From contig ONQD01000009.1 of NCBI GenBank assembly GCA_900319865.1, positions 10,590 through 74,589 of the forward strand: a DNA stretch of 64,000 nucleotides. Reading direction: 5' to 3'. The position numbers and the translations under genes were made by a program. Position 1 is the stretch's first letter; the number at the start of each line of letters is the position of its first letter. This stretch comes from an uncultured Bacteroidales bacterium. Its GTDB lineage: Bacteria; Bacteroidota; Bacteroidia; Bacteroidales; P3. The notes under the pieces are model-generated. The model was not told the origin of the DNA, did no database searches, and saw nothing but the letters and a program-made list of their open reading frames with translations. Shown here piece by piece: positions 36,444-46,549 of this stretch.

Positions 36444-37214
36444 ATGAAAAAAGTAGTATTCTTTGCAGCCATGCTGTTGGCTTTTGTTGGAATCAAGGCT
36501 CAGACCAACATCCAGGAAATGTACGATTTCAAACGTGGCCACTTCACCACCACTTTGGAAATGTTCAAAACCGATGCCTTCGGTAGTACATTCTTCTTCA
36601 ACGACATCTACCACCCATCCAAGCTCAATGGCCCCACCGGTTACTACACCGAAATTGCCCGTGCCATCAACTTCTGGCAGAACAGTCCCCTCGGTGGTTT
36701 AAGCCTCCACGTTGAATGGAATGGCGGCCAATTCGCCAGCAATGCCTGGCTCTTCGGTATCGAATATTTCCTCCACAACGAAGAATACACCAACACCTTC
36801 ACCTTCGAACTGATGTACAAACGCATCAGCGGCCAGAAAGAACTCGACAATAAACCTGCCCTCGAGCGTCCGTTCAACAAAGTAAGCGACATCCCCGTCC
36901 AGTTCACCTTCGTGTGGGGCATGCAGAACCTCTTTGGCGTGAAAGGTCTTACCTTCAGCGGCTTCCTCGATGTGTGGGGCGAGAACGTCAACTGGGGCAC
37001 AATAGAGTCCAAAGACGTAACCAAACTCGTCATCCTCAGCGAACCTCAGATTTGGTACAATATCGGCCAGCACTTCGGCTGCAACCACCTCATGATTGGT
37101 GGTGAAGTAGAACTTGCCTACAACTTCGCTGGCGGCTGGCACGGCGTCGACGACTTCGCCAAAAACAAAGGCTTCAATGTCGCTCCCTGCGCCGGTATCA
37201 AATGGGCCTTCTAA
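36444..37214 (+). CDS. Outer-membrane beta-barrel, Tsx/DUF5020-like nucleoside channel candidate
   Basis: Signal peptide ending KAQ. N-terminal IQEMYDFKRGHFTTTLEMFKTDAFGSTFFFNDIY and C-terminal GIKWAF. Immediately precedes a purine permease. Confidence 0.55.
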   Translation: MKKVVFFAAMLLAFVGIKAQTNIQEMYDFKRGHFTTTLEMFKTDAFGSTFFFNDIYHPSKLNGPTGYYTEIARAINFWQNSPLGGLSLHVEWNGGQFASNAWLFGIEYFLHNEEYTNTFTFELMYKRISGQKELDNKPALERPFNKVSDIPVQFTFVWGMQNLFGVKGLTFSGFLDVWGENVNWGTIESKDVTKLVILSEPQIWYNIGQHFGCNHLMIGGEVELAYNFAGGWHGVDDFAKNKGFNVAPCAGIKWAF

Positions 37215-37245
37215 ATATATGTTTAATCCATAATACAGAACACCC

Positions 37246-38586
37246 ATGTTAAAGAAACTTTTCGGATTCGACTCCGCAATCCATAATGTCCGCACCGAGA
37301 TTGTGGCAGGCATTACCACATTCCTCGCCATGGCCTACATTCTGGCCGTCAATCCCGGCATCTTCAGTGCCCTGGCAGACCAAGGCATGCCCACTTCGGC
37401 CGTCTTCACAGCCACTGCACTCGCCGCCATCGTCGGTACCCTCGTCATGGCCATCTACGCCAAAAAGCCCTTCGCCCTTGCCCCCGGCATGGGACTTAAC
37501 GCCTTCTTCGTGTTCACGGTGTGCCTCGGCATGGGCCACTCCTGGCAGTTTGCCCTCACCGCCATCCTCCTCGAAGGTATCATCTTCATCATTCTCACAC
37601 TCACCAAAGTGCGTCAATGGATTGTCGATGCCATTCCCATGAACCTCCGCCATGCCATCGGTGCCGGTATCGGCCTCTTCATCGCCTTCATCGGACTTAA
37701 AAACGGCGGCATCATCGTCAACGACGAAGCCACCCTGGTCCACCTTGGCAACATCTGCCATGGCACAGCGCTCCTGGCCATCATCGGCATCGTCATCACT
37801 GCTGTCCTGCTCATCCTCAAGGTCCCCGGCAACATCCTCATCGGCATCATTGTCACCGCACTCCTCGGCATGCTGCCCATCTGGCAGATACCCGGTGCTG
37901 ACGGCACCATTGCCTATGGCGCACTCACCACTTTCGACCGCGTGGTCGATGTGCCGCCCTCGGTAGCCCCCATCTTCTGCCAATTCCAATGGGATGAGAT
38001 ACTCTCACTCGACATGCTCGTCGTGCTCTTCACCTTCCTCTTCATCGACATGTTCGACACCATGGGCACCGTCATCGGCGTCTCCCAGAAAGCTGGCATG
38101 GTAGATGAGAAAGGCAACATCGACGGCATCAACAAAGTCTTCATGGCCGACGCTATCGCCACAACCTGCGGCGCCTGCCTGGGCACCTCCACAACCACCA
38201 CCTATGTCGAGAGCGCTGCCGGTGTCGGTGCCGGTGGCCGTACTGGCCTCACCGCATTCACCACCGTCTGCTGCTTCGCCATTGCCCTGTTCTTCGCCCC
38301 CATCTTCACCCACATCCCCTCTGCAGCCACCACAGCCGCACTCGTCATTGTGGGCTTGATGATGCTCAGCCCCATCAAGGAAATCGAACTCGACGACTTC
38401 TCCGAGTCCGTCCCCGCATTCCTCACCATCATCCTCATGCCCCTCTGCTACAGCATCAGCGACGGCATCCTCATCGGCATGATTGCCTACGTGCTCATCA
38501 ATGCGCTCTGTGGCAAATTCAAAAAGATTTCCGTCACCATGTGGATCCTGGCCATCCTATTCATTGCACGTTATCTATTCCTATAA
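37246..38586 (+). CDS. NCS2/AzgA-family purine (adenine/guanine/hypoxanthine) permease
   Basis: 446 aa, polytopic. N-terminal FGFDSAIHNVRTEIVAGITTFLAMAYILAVNP is characteristic of the family. Confidence 0.85.
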   Translation: MLKKLFGFDSAIHNVRTEIVAGITTFLAMAYILAVNPGIFSALADQGMPTSAVFTATALAAIVGTLVMAIYAKKPFALAPGMGLNAFFVFTVCLGMGHSWQFALTAILLEGIIFIILTLTKVRQWIVDAIPMNLRHAIGAGIGLFIAFIGLKNGGIIVNDEATLVHLGNICHGTALLAIIGIVITAVLLILKVPGNILIGIIVTALLGMLPIWQIPGADGTIAYGALTTFDRVVDVPPSVAPIFCQFQWDEILSLDMLVVLFTFLFIDMFDTMGTVIGVSQKAGMVDEKGNIDGINKVFMADAIATTCGACLGTSTTTTYVESAAGVGAGGRTGLTAFTTVCCFAIALFFAPIFTHIPSAATTAALVIVGLMMLSPIKEIELDDFSESVPAFLTIILMPLCYSISDGILIGMIAYVLINALCGKFKKISVTMWILAILFIARYLFL

Positions 38587-38603
38587 CAAACAACTAACTA
38601 TCA

Positions 38604-38644
38604 AAATGGGTGCCGTCACAAACAACGGCACCCATTTCTTTTTG
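38604..38644. terminator. Hairpin terminator between convergent permease and giant-protein genes
   Basis: AAATGGGTGCCGT (38604-38616) pairs with ACGGCACCCATTT (38625-38637), followed by CTTTTT. Confidence 0.7.
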
Positions 38645-38661
38645 AACCTATTCGAACGCTG

Positions 38662-41600
38662 CTATTTCACTATCAGCTTCTTTACCGCATTAATCAGGCT
38701 GCCCGTAAGGCGTACAAAGTATGCCCCCTTCGGCAATTTGCCCAATTCAATCTGTATGCGGCAATCACCGTTGCACTCTGCACTGCGGCGCAACACCGTC
38801 TGCCCACTCAGATTAACCAGTTCAACATCCACACCTCCCTGCACTCCGGACAGTTCCAAAACGGTCACTCCGGTAGCCGGGTTAGGAAAAAGGTTGGCAG
38901 CAAAGTCGCCGTCGGCATCTTTTATGTCCGACATACTGACCACAAAATGGCCTCGTTCGCTCCACAAACTGAATGCATTCTCGTCGCACTGTGCCTTCAC
39001 ATAATAGTCGTACGCCACACCGGGACGCAAACCCTCCAGTCGGTAGTGCGGCTCTGCTATGTCGGTCACCGTTATGCCTTCGCCAGGCAAGTAATGCTCC
39101 TCTCCATATTCAAGCACATAGCTGGTTCCATTCCCTTCCCACTGCAATTCAACAACACCCGAGTTTTCGTCAACTACGCGGCTTGACAAATGGTTAACAA
39201 CGGCACACGAAGTGGTGGTGAAATAACGAACCTGCTCATACCATGCACCGGGCAGGCCATTGCAGAGCGACCTAATCCGCGCGTAATAGTCTACCCCCTG
39301 CTGGAGACCTGTGACCGTGAAGGGGGAAGCCTCAGCCTCATAGCTTTGGTTGAAGTCGTGGCCATACACATTCAGCTCCCATGGGCCGGAGCCACCCTCC
39401 CAACTGAACACGGCTTCTGTGTAGTGCACTTCAACCAACGAGAATTCCTGTGGCGGAGGACAGCCGTTGGTTGCGGTGGTGACTTGGCGTGTAGTCCAAT
39501 GCGAGCCAATGCCGTTGGAACAATGGCTGCGGAGGCCAATGGTATAATCGGTGTTGGGTGTCAACCCACGGAAAGTATAGCGGTTGCCGGTCACAGTAAC
39601 CCCGTTCACATTGTCGTTCCAAGGCTGGCTGGTGATATATGCCTCAACTGTGCCGTAGGCGTCGAATTCAACGGTGACACTATCTGCCGATTCGGTCACG
39701 CTGACAATGGTGGGTGCAGGACAGTCGGCACTTGGCACCACACTTATACGAAGGCTGTCGACATAGGCATAGAAGCGCAGTTGCGAGCAATAGTTGATTG
39801 CTACAAAGCGTGTGCCCGACGGGAAACTGCCCTGATAGCGCTGCCAGAGAATGCCCGATGTGGTGAGCGTGTCGGTCCACACAAAGTCGTCGGGACTATT
39901 GCCTGTCAATGAATAACCGACACGCAGTGTTTCCTGTCCGTACATCATATCACTATAGCGGAAACGAAGACTGATGCTGTCGGCCGAGGCCAACGGAGGA
40001 GAAACAAGATACTGGTTATAGTCGGGCGACGAGAGATAGGAAGAGAAACGGAAGCTACGTCCACCGGAAAAAGCCTTTTCGTTGGTGTGTATCATAGTGT
40101 TAGGATTGTCGTCCGATTGGATGAGCGTGAAGCAACGGGCGGGGGCATCACCCTCTTCAAAACTTTCGTCAACCGTTAACCCCGGAGCGATAGTGTAGGT
40201 GTCGCATTGCATGGAGAAAGTGATAATGGCACTGGCGGGCGAAAACACATTGCCCGGGCAATAGCCTTTGACAAAGAGTTCGTATGTGCCGCCAGCGGTT
40301 AAGCCGTAGAGGGTGACACTGTCAGCCGACACGCTCAGCGTGCGCCAAGCGGCCGAGGTGCCCAAGGGGCGGTAGGAAACATCATAGGCCAAAGCATCGC
40401 CAATCCAGCTGACATGTGCCTCGTGGGACGAGAGCACGGTGGCCGTCACCGAACGCGGGCGTCTGCACGCCGGAGCATCAACGCATTCGGTGTACAATTC
40501 GAAACCGGAGGCTGCGCCATAGCTATTGGAGGTGAAGCGGAAGGTGAGCGGTCCCACTTCGGACACGAGGTTCACATTCACCGCCTCGGGACCATAGGTT
40601 GAATTGATGCTATACAGGAGGGTGCCATCGGTGCCCTCGCCCTCATATATACTCAGAGTGTCGCCTCCCCATACATTGAGGTCCACCGTTCCGCCGCGGA
40701 ATGCGACCACGTGAGTGCTGTCGTCGGGACGCACCACCAATGTGGAAGCACTGCTGTTTTGATAGTCACCGGAGGGACCGCCGTTGTCGTAAACCACCAC
40801 GCCACAGCCAGTCACCGTGCTGGCGGAGGCAAACGGCATCTCCACACTGCCGGCCACAAATGTGATGGAACGCCATGCACTCCGGCTGTTGTTACCGTCA
40901 ATGCAGAGGGCTCGGACGTAGAACTGGTATTTTCCGCCCATTGTGAGTGGGGGCATTCTGTAGAAAGTGTCTGTAGTGATGTTCCAGCCAGAGAGCGACG
41001 AGAACTGTTGTGTAACAGTGTCCCAGGCCACTTCCCAGCGAGACACCCCGTCCGAACCGTTCCAACGCACCACAATGCTGTCGGCATCACGGAGATGGGT
41101 GGCGGTCAACCCAGCAGGAGGCATGCAGCCAAATGTCTCACTAACGGTAATATCATCAATCAGTGTAGCATCCGACAACGGGAGCAGATGTGCCAAGGCA
41201 ATGCGAGTGCCGTCGCCTTGATATTGGCTGAAATCATAGCGGAACCACTCGAAAGCCGAGAGCGACTGGGAAGGGCTGGAAAGCGTGTCGAGCCATTCGT
41301 AGTAAGAATAAACATCGTCGGTTACACCCACCACTATCGCCTCGCCCTCGTAGGCCGATTCGAGCATGGCTTTGAAGTTTATCTCCAGTCGGTTGACAGG
41401 GATATTGAAGGCAGGCAGCACGGCTGGCTGTCGGGTGGTGGCCTGTTGCCAGAACAAGCCTCCGTGGCGGTGCTGAACAACGTGGGAGTTGTAATCCCAG
41501 CAGGGGGGCATGATTCCGTCGGCATATTGGTCGAAATTCTCAGAGTAGGGCACCGGCACAATGCCGCAGCCCGTGGTCACGGTCATGTTACACCAAGCCG

Positions 41601-44064
41601 TATCGGAGTCACACACGGTGCCCACTCGCACACTATATTGTGTGGCCGGAGTCAGCCCGGTGATGGAGGTGTATGGGGTGGACACTGTAGCCACAGTGGT
41701 GTATCCCATACCGGTGGCATACTGAACAACCCAGAGGCTGGATGTGCCTTCGCCATACCAAGCAAGCGAAACACTCGTCGAGTCGCTAATCACCTCGCTC
41801 ACCACCGGCGGCAGGCAGCCATCGGCCTCGCACTGCGCAATAAAACGCACATCGGCGGCATAACGGGTGGCCGAAACGCCAAACAATGAAGAAGGCGAGG
41901 ACAGCAGGATGGGCGAAAGGTGGTTCCAAGTAACGGTGTTGACTCCGGCAGTGGGGTGATAGTACCAGTCAGTAGAGTTCAGGTAGAAATGACCGCTTGC
42001 ATTGTGTACAGCGATGGCCAGATTCTGCGTCGTGTCGTACACAAACGGGGTGTCAAACCGCACTACCTGCCATTCGGCATCGGAAACGGGAAGTGTATAG
42101 TTCGGGGCCACAAGGCTGAACGCGGAGTGTGGCACATAGCTGTCTGCACTCAACTCCGGGAGGGACGTGTTGGCCATATAAAGACTGAACATAAGGGGTT
42201 CGGCCACTCCCGTAGAGGTGCGGAAGGCAACACCCCAGATGGTATCCACAGCGGGCATCTCGCTGCGGGGGTAAAGCGTTTGGGCGTAGGAGTGGGTAAG
42301 CTGCGTGCTCACCACATAACCGTTTCCGCTCCGACTGCCGTCGCCAGCAATCTCGCTGCACGACTGGGTCATAAAGTCATACACCGCGGCGTTGGCAGTG
42401 TCGTATCCGTTGTCGAGACGGCAAGTGCTATACACCCAGGCGCGGTAGAAATGGCCAGATTGCAAGCCGGTAAGCAAAATAGTATTGCCCAACGAGAAAG
42501 TGTCTATCAACACCGTTCCGAAATCCTCGTGGTCGGCCACCTGCACCCATGCACCCTCGGAGGGGAAACCGTTCAGGGCATCGTACTGCCACGAAAGCAC
42601 CGCAGCCGTGTAGCCCACACTGCCCAGATTCACATCGGACACGGGGGAACAGGTCATCTGGGTAGTGAAAGGAGGAAACGCTTTGTAGTCTGAACTGTCA
42701 ATGCCGCATTCGGTGCGTACCCACGCATAATAAGTGGTGCTTTGGTCAAGTCCGCGGAGCACAGCAGCCGTATCGGTGACATAGCCATACTCTGTGGCGG
42801 TGTGCGAGTTGTTGTAGGGTGAATAATAAAGGTAATAGCCTGTGGAGCTGCCGCCCACACCGGTCCAGCGCAAGGCAGCACATCGGGCACCCACACTGTC
42901 GACATAAGCCTGATTGGGACGGTCGCAGCCATTGTCGCGCACAATGCTCACATCGTCCACAAATCCGTTGCCTATCAACATATCGGAGCCCTTGAAGAAG
43001 AAGGCCACATAATAAGCAGAGTCCGGACTCAGTTCTGAGGTGGAGAATTCATATTCGTGCCAAGTGTTGTCCATATCGGTGATTGAGACCAGAGGCACAA
43101 ACGACGAAGTGTCGGCGAGGTTGGTCATCACACCAGCCCTCAAACTAGAGTTGAACAGATTGATTGGCCCAATATTGATTCCATACTCCAAACGTGCTTG
43201 GAAAGTGACCTTGATTTCGTTGCCGGGCAGAGGCACCAACGGGGTGGTAATCACATTGCTGCCCGCAGCCGCAAAGAATAGGGACAGCGAGTCGGAATAA
43301 GCTGCCTCGTCAAACACTTTTGGCGCATCACCAAAGGGAATCACCAGATTCCAACACATGGGAGCCTCGTCCAATGTCTCGGTACTGAAACTATTGAAAT
43401 AGGGTATCCGCAAGCGTGGACAGGGAGTGTGGAAGCTCAGCTGCACCATATCGGAGGTGTCGGAACTGCCGCAAAGAGAGCGAACGCCCACAGTGTAGTC
43501 GGTATTGACCGACAGCCCTGAAATGAAGCAGCCGTTAGTGCCCACCATCGTATACCGCACCCCGTTGAGATACACCACCCAGTCATGCTCATTGCCTACG
43601 GCCGTCCAGGACACATAGGCGCTGGTGGTGTCGGGAGCACATGAAAGATTGATGGGGTGCACACAATCGGGGCACGCGGGCATTGCCAATGCCACAATTG
43701 TCCCGTTGGAAAGGTCTCCGGCCATGATGTCGGAGAGTATCATAGAACCATCACCGTTCTCAACCGAGAACGTGATTTCGTAATCCAGCGGGCCGGAACG
43801 CCATACAAAACGTACAGTGTCGTTGGTACACACCGGCACCTCGACCTCGCCCGAATAGCCGGTCGAAAGCGTAACCGAGCCTCGCAGCACTGTGTCCTGC
43901 CACACTTCGAGGGCGGCGCCGTTCCATCCGTCACCGACCATATCGTCACAGTACACGGTCATCAGACACATTCTTGAACCCGGAGGGCACTGTGACCTCG
44001 ACGCGAACGACAAACCCATCAGGGCCACGAACGCAAGGAGAGAAAAAAACAGTCTCTTCTTCAT
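38662..44064 (-). CDS. 1800-aa T9SS cargo protein with multiple Cys-bracketed Fn3-like modules, choice-of-anchor-J/MAM-like domains, a CUB-like domain and a Por C-terminal sorting domain
   Basis: Signal peptide MKKRLFFSLLAFVALMGLSFA. At least nine C..P...W...Y.V.V...C modules by eye. CUB-like GCGVVVYDNGGPSGDYQNSS...DTLSIYEGEG. Terminal NLFPNPATGVTVLEL...YFVRLTGSLINAVKKLIVK is a T9SS CTD. Confidence 0.85.
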   Translation of the reverse strand: MKKRLFFSLLAFVALMGLSFASRSQCPPGSRMCLMTVYCDDMVGDGWNGAALEVWQDTVLRGSVTLSTGYSGEVEVPVCTNDTVRFVWRSGPLDYEITFSVENGDGSMILSDIMAGDLSNGTIVALAMPACPDCVHPINLSCAPDTTSAYVSWTAVGNEHDWVVYLNGVRYTMVGTNGCFISGLSVNTDYTVGVRSLCGSSDTSDMVQLSFHTPCPRLRIPYFNSFSTETLDEAPMCWNLVIPFGDAPKVFDEAAYSDSLSLFFAAAGSNVITTPLVPLPGNEIKVTFQARLEYGINIGPINLFNSSLRAGVMTNLADTSSFVPLVSITDMDNTWHEYEFSTSELSPDSAYYVAFFFKGSDMLIGNGFVDDVSIVRDNGCDRPNQAYVDSVGARCAALRWTGVGGSSTGYYLYYSPYNNSHTATEYGYVTDTAAVLRGLDQSTTYYAWVRTECGIDSSDYKAFPPFTTQMTCSPVSDVNLGSVGYTAAVLSWQYDALNGFPSEGAWVQVADHEDFGTVLIDTFSLGNTILLTGLQSGHFYRAWVYSTCRLDNGYDTANAAVYDFMTQSCSEIAGDGSRSGNGYVVSTQLTHSYAQTLYPRSEMPAVDTIWGVAFRTSTGVAEPLMFSLYMANTSLPELSADSYVPHSAFSLVAPNYTLPVSDAEWQVVRFDTPFVYDTTQNLAIAVHNASGHFYLNSTDWYYHPTAGVNTVTWNHLSPILLSSPSSLFGVSATRYAADVRFIAQCEADGCLPPVVSEVISDSTSVSLAWYGEGTSSLWVVQYATGMGYTTVATVSTPYTSITGLTPATQYSVRVGTVCDSDTAWCNMTVTTGCGIVPVPYSENFDQYADGIMPPCWDYNSHVVQHRHGGLFWQQATTRQPAVLPAFNIPVNRLEINFKAMLESAYEGEAIVVGVTDDVYSYYEWLDTLSSPSQSLSAFEWFRYDFSQYQGDGTRIALAHLLPLSDATLIDDITVSETFGCMPPAGLTATHLRDADSIVVRWNGSDGVSRWEVAWDTVTQQFSSLSGWNITTDTFYRMPPLTMGGKYQFYVRALCIDGNNSRSAWRSITFVAGSVEMPFASASTVTGCGVVVYDNGGPSGDYQNSSASTLVVRPDDSTHVVAFRGGTVDLNVWGGDTLSIYEGEGTDGTLLYSINSTYGPEAVNVNLVSEVGPLTFRFTSNSYGAASGFELYTECVDAPACRRPRSVTATVLSSHEAHVSWIGDALAYDVSYRPLGTSAAWRTLSVSADSVTLYGLTAGGTYELFVKGYCPGNVFSPASAIITFSMQCDTYTIAPGLTVDESFEEGDAPARCFTLIQSDDNPNTMIHTNEKAFSGGRSFRFSSYLSSPDYNQYLVSPPLASADSISLRFRYSDMMYGQETLRVGYSLTGNSPDDFVWTDTLTTSGILWQRYQGSFPSGTRFVAINYCSQLRFYAYVDSLRISVVPSADCPAPTIVSVTESADSVTVEFDAYGTVEAYITSQPWNDNVNGVTVTGNRYTFRGLTPNTDYTIGLRSHCSNGIGSHWTTRQVTTATNGCPPPQEFSLVEVHYTEAVFSWEGGSGPWELNVYGHDFNQSYEAEASPFTVTGLQQGVDYYARIRSLCNGLPGAWYEQVRYFTTTSCAVVNHLSSRVVDENSGVVELQWEGNGTSYVLEYGEEHYLPGEGITVTDIAEPHYRLEGLRPGVAYDYYVKAQCDENAFSLWSERGHFVVSMSDIKDADGDFAANLFPNPATGVTVLELSGVQGGVDVELVNLSGQTVLRRSAECNGDCRIQIELGKLPKGAYFVRLTGSLINAVKKLIVK

Positions 44065-44710
44065 TACTTTAACCTTTTAGTTTTGTTAGTTTTTATTGAT
44101 TACACAATAACAACGCAGAAAACAGGCGAAAAACTACAAGCCCACACAAATAGCGAAAGGAATCAGTAACTGCCATATTTATATCATATTCAAACATTTA
44201 CACTAACACAATATTTAGTATCAATAACATCATATTGCCTTTCAATTATCACCTGTCCACCTCTCATAAAAGAGCATAGGCAATAAACAAAAAGTTTCTA
44301 TTAACAGCCAGACTCAGAAAACATAAACCCATATCAGCCAATAGGATTTGTGTCAGCTTAGTATTGTTTTCGAGCAGATTGGTCGCATCGCTGTCGAATG
44401 TGTAAAGTATGTGCTTCATACGTGCGGCCGTTCCATTTCCTTCTGAATGGTGTATGCGTTGAAACATCTGCAAAGATAAAGGAGCGCCCGTCTGGTGTTC
44501 CTATAAACCCTCTCCCATGCCTGACAAACAATGTCATTGCTTCAGCATCAGCACTCCTGTCCATTACCTTGACACATTTCCGAGTCCCTTTGCTCGTTTT
44601 GTTTGATGCCTTCGGAGCTTCTACCCAGTTTGTTCATATTTTCCACAAACATGGTGCAAAGTTTCTCCGAGAGCATCAACTGGTTCCGTTTTTCTTTGTG
44701 AATTATAAGC

Positions 44711-46084
44711 TCACTTCACCGCTGGAGGCTCGTTGTCGCCAATGGGGTCGCTGCCCCACACCGAGTTCATGGCCGCCAGGCATTCCTGCCGGGTGATGTC
44801 GTTCAGTCGTTCCAAATGGCGCTGATAGAACACGCACTTTGTCATACCCACCTGCTTGCAAACCACATCGGTGGCAAAAGCCTCGCAGGTCGGCGCACCG
44901 CACATACCGCAGTCCACCTGCGGGAGGTACACTTTCAACTTATTTATCTTCTCAAGTTTCTGGTAGGCCTTGGTCAAATCCTTGTCCAACGTGAGCATCG
45001 ACCGGGCCTGTGCGGGCTCGGCAAACGAGTTCTCTATCAGATATTCCTTGTATGCATCCATCTCGCGGGCACGGGCCATCTCGCCGTTCCGCTCGCGCTC
45101 CGCCGCCTTGCGGGCACGGGCATACATACGCTCGCCGCACAGGAAACGATTCTCGCACGACAGCAGCGCTCCGGCACAACTCTGGTCGCACGCCCTCAGT
45201 TCCAAAAACTCAACTCCCTCCACCTCGTCGTTCTCCAGCTTGTCGAGGAAATCCATCACGTTCTCAATACCGTCGATGGCATACGACCTCTTGGCCAGAC
45301 AAATGCGCCGTTCGCCGTTGGTCAAAGTCGAAAGGATGGCATCGGCCGACAGCTGGGGCGTCTGCAGGGCCTGATAGGAATAGCCTTTACCCTGCTCCTT
45401 TATCTTGCGGTACACCTTGTTGAACAACGCATCCATGTTAATTACCCCGTCAATCAGCGAGCGTTTCTCTCCCACCGGAGCCTTCACGGCCGCTATCTTG
45501 GCGGCACAGGGGGTAACATAAAACAATCCGATTTCCTCACGCGGCACCCCGCGCTCCTCGGTCAGCAACTTCAGCACATACATGGCCGAGATGTCGAGGG
45601 GGGCTTTCACAGGGATGATATTGCCCACCAGCGACGGATACTTAATCTGTATCAACCGCACGATAGCCGGGCAGAAACTGGAAATCAGCGGCTCGTCGTC
45701 CTCATGCTCGCGGGCATACTTATGCTTCACATCAGCATAGATACCGGCTGCCGACTCCACCTCGAACACATGCTTGAAACCCAAATCCTTCAGCGCGGCA
45801 TATATGCGCGACACACGTATATCGTCCGGAAACTGCCCAAGAAACACTGCCGGAAGCAACGCCACCGAGTGCGGAAACTCGTGCACCATCTTGAAATCGT
45901 CCTGCTTGATATAGATTGCATCCACAGGACAAGCCGCGTGACACTTGCCGCAATCAATGCAGCGGTCTTCCATAATAAAAGCCTTTCCGTTGCGGATGCG
46001 GATAGCCTCGGTGGGGCATATCTTCATACACCGCGAGCAACCTATACAATTGCCTTCATCTATTTCAAGAGCATGATAAAACAT
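44711..46084 (-). CDS. [FeFe]-hydrogenase-like Fe-S protein, putative sensory type (HydS-like)
   Basis: Two N-terminal ferredoxin motifs (CIGCSRCMKICP, CIDCGKCHAACP). Variant H-cluster motifs SSFCPAIV, TPCAAKIAAV and LRACDQSCAG. C-terminal CGMCGAPTCEAFA putative Fe-S domain. Confidence 0.7.
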   Translation of the reverse strand: MFYHALEIDEGNCIGCSRCMKICPTEAIRIRNGKAFIMEDRCIDCGKCHAACPVDAIYIKQDDFKMVHEFPHSVALLPAVFLGQFPDDIRVSRIYAALKDLGFKHVFEVESAAGIYADVKHKYAREHEDDEPLISSFCPAIVRLIQIKYPSLVGNIIPVKAPLDISAMYVLKLLTEERGVPREEIGLFYVTPCAAKIAAVKAPVGEKRSLIDGVINMDALFNKVYRKIKEQGKGYSYQALQTPQLSADAILSTLTNGERRICLAKRSYAIDGIENVMDFLDKLENDEVEGVEFLELRACDQSCAGALLSCENRFLCGERMYARARKAAERERNGEMARAREMDAYKEYLIENSFAEPAQARSMLTLDKDLTKAYQKLEKINKLKVYLPQVDCGMCGAPTCEAFATDVVCKQVGMTKCVFYQRHLERLNDITRQECLAAMNSVWGSDPIGDNEPPAVK

Positions 46085-46111
46085 GTGTCCATATTATTTA
46101 ATCAACCAACG

Positions 46112-46525
46112 TTAAGCGAAATTCACTATCATCTCGACCGTTGTGCCCACTCCCACCTCCGAAGTGACGTTCAGCACATCCACATTCTTCTGCATGTTGG
46201 GCAATCCCATTCCGGCTCCGAAACCCATATCGCGCACCTCAGGCCGTGCAGTGGAGTAGCCCTCCTGCATTGCCAGGGCAATATCGGGTATTCCCGGACC
46301 CTTGTCGGCCACCACCATGTGGATCTTGTCCGCCTCGATGTCGACAAGCACCTTTCCGCCATAAGCATGCGCTATGGCATTGACTTCCGCCTCGTAAAGC
46401 GCCACCACAACCCGTTTCACCACCTGGGGATTCACCCCCAGTTGCTTCAGTGTCTTTTTCACCGAACTCGACGCGGTGCCGGCATTCACGAAGTCGCCTT
46501 CTACAACCGTATATTCCTGATGCAT
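46112..46525 (-). CDS. GHKL ATPase / anti-sigma-factor-type Ser/Thr kinase (RsbW/SpoIIAB-like)
   Basis: 137 aa. ALYEAEVNAIAHA (N-box), ADKGPGIPD (G1), GFGAGMGLPNM (G2). Confidence 0.8.
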   Translation of the reverse strand: MHQEYTVVEGDFVNAGTASSSVKKTLKQLGVNPQVVKRVVVALYEAEVNAIAHAYGGKVLVDIEADKIHMVVADKGPGIPDIALAMQEGYSTARPEVRDMGFGAGMGLPNMQKNVDVLNVTSEVGVGTTVEMIVNFA

Positions 46526-46549
46526 ATTATAATATAAAGTAATAATCCA

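Noticed and set aside
40711-41889. 392-aa plus-strand ORF (and several others) antisense to the 1800-aa gene
   Set aside because: These are shadow ORFs inside a continuous 5.4-kb reading frame that has a signal peptide and a T9SS CTD.
44816-46537. 573-aa plus-strand ORF spanning the HydS-like and GHKL genes in antisense
   Set aside because: It crosses an intergenic gap of the real minus-strand genes. The translation is H/R/L/Q-rich and no domain is recognisable.
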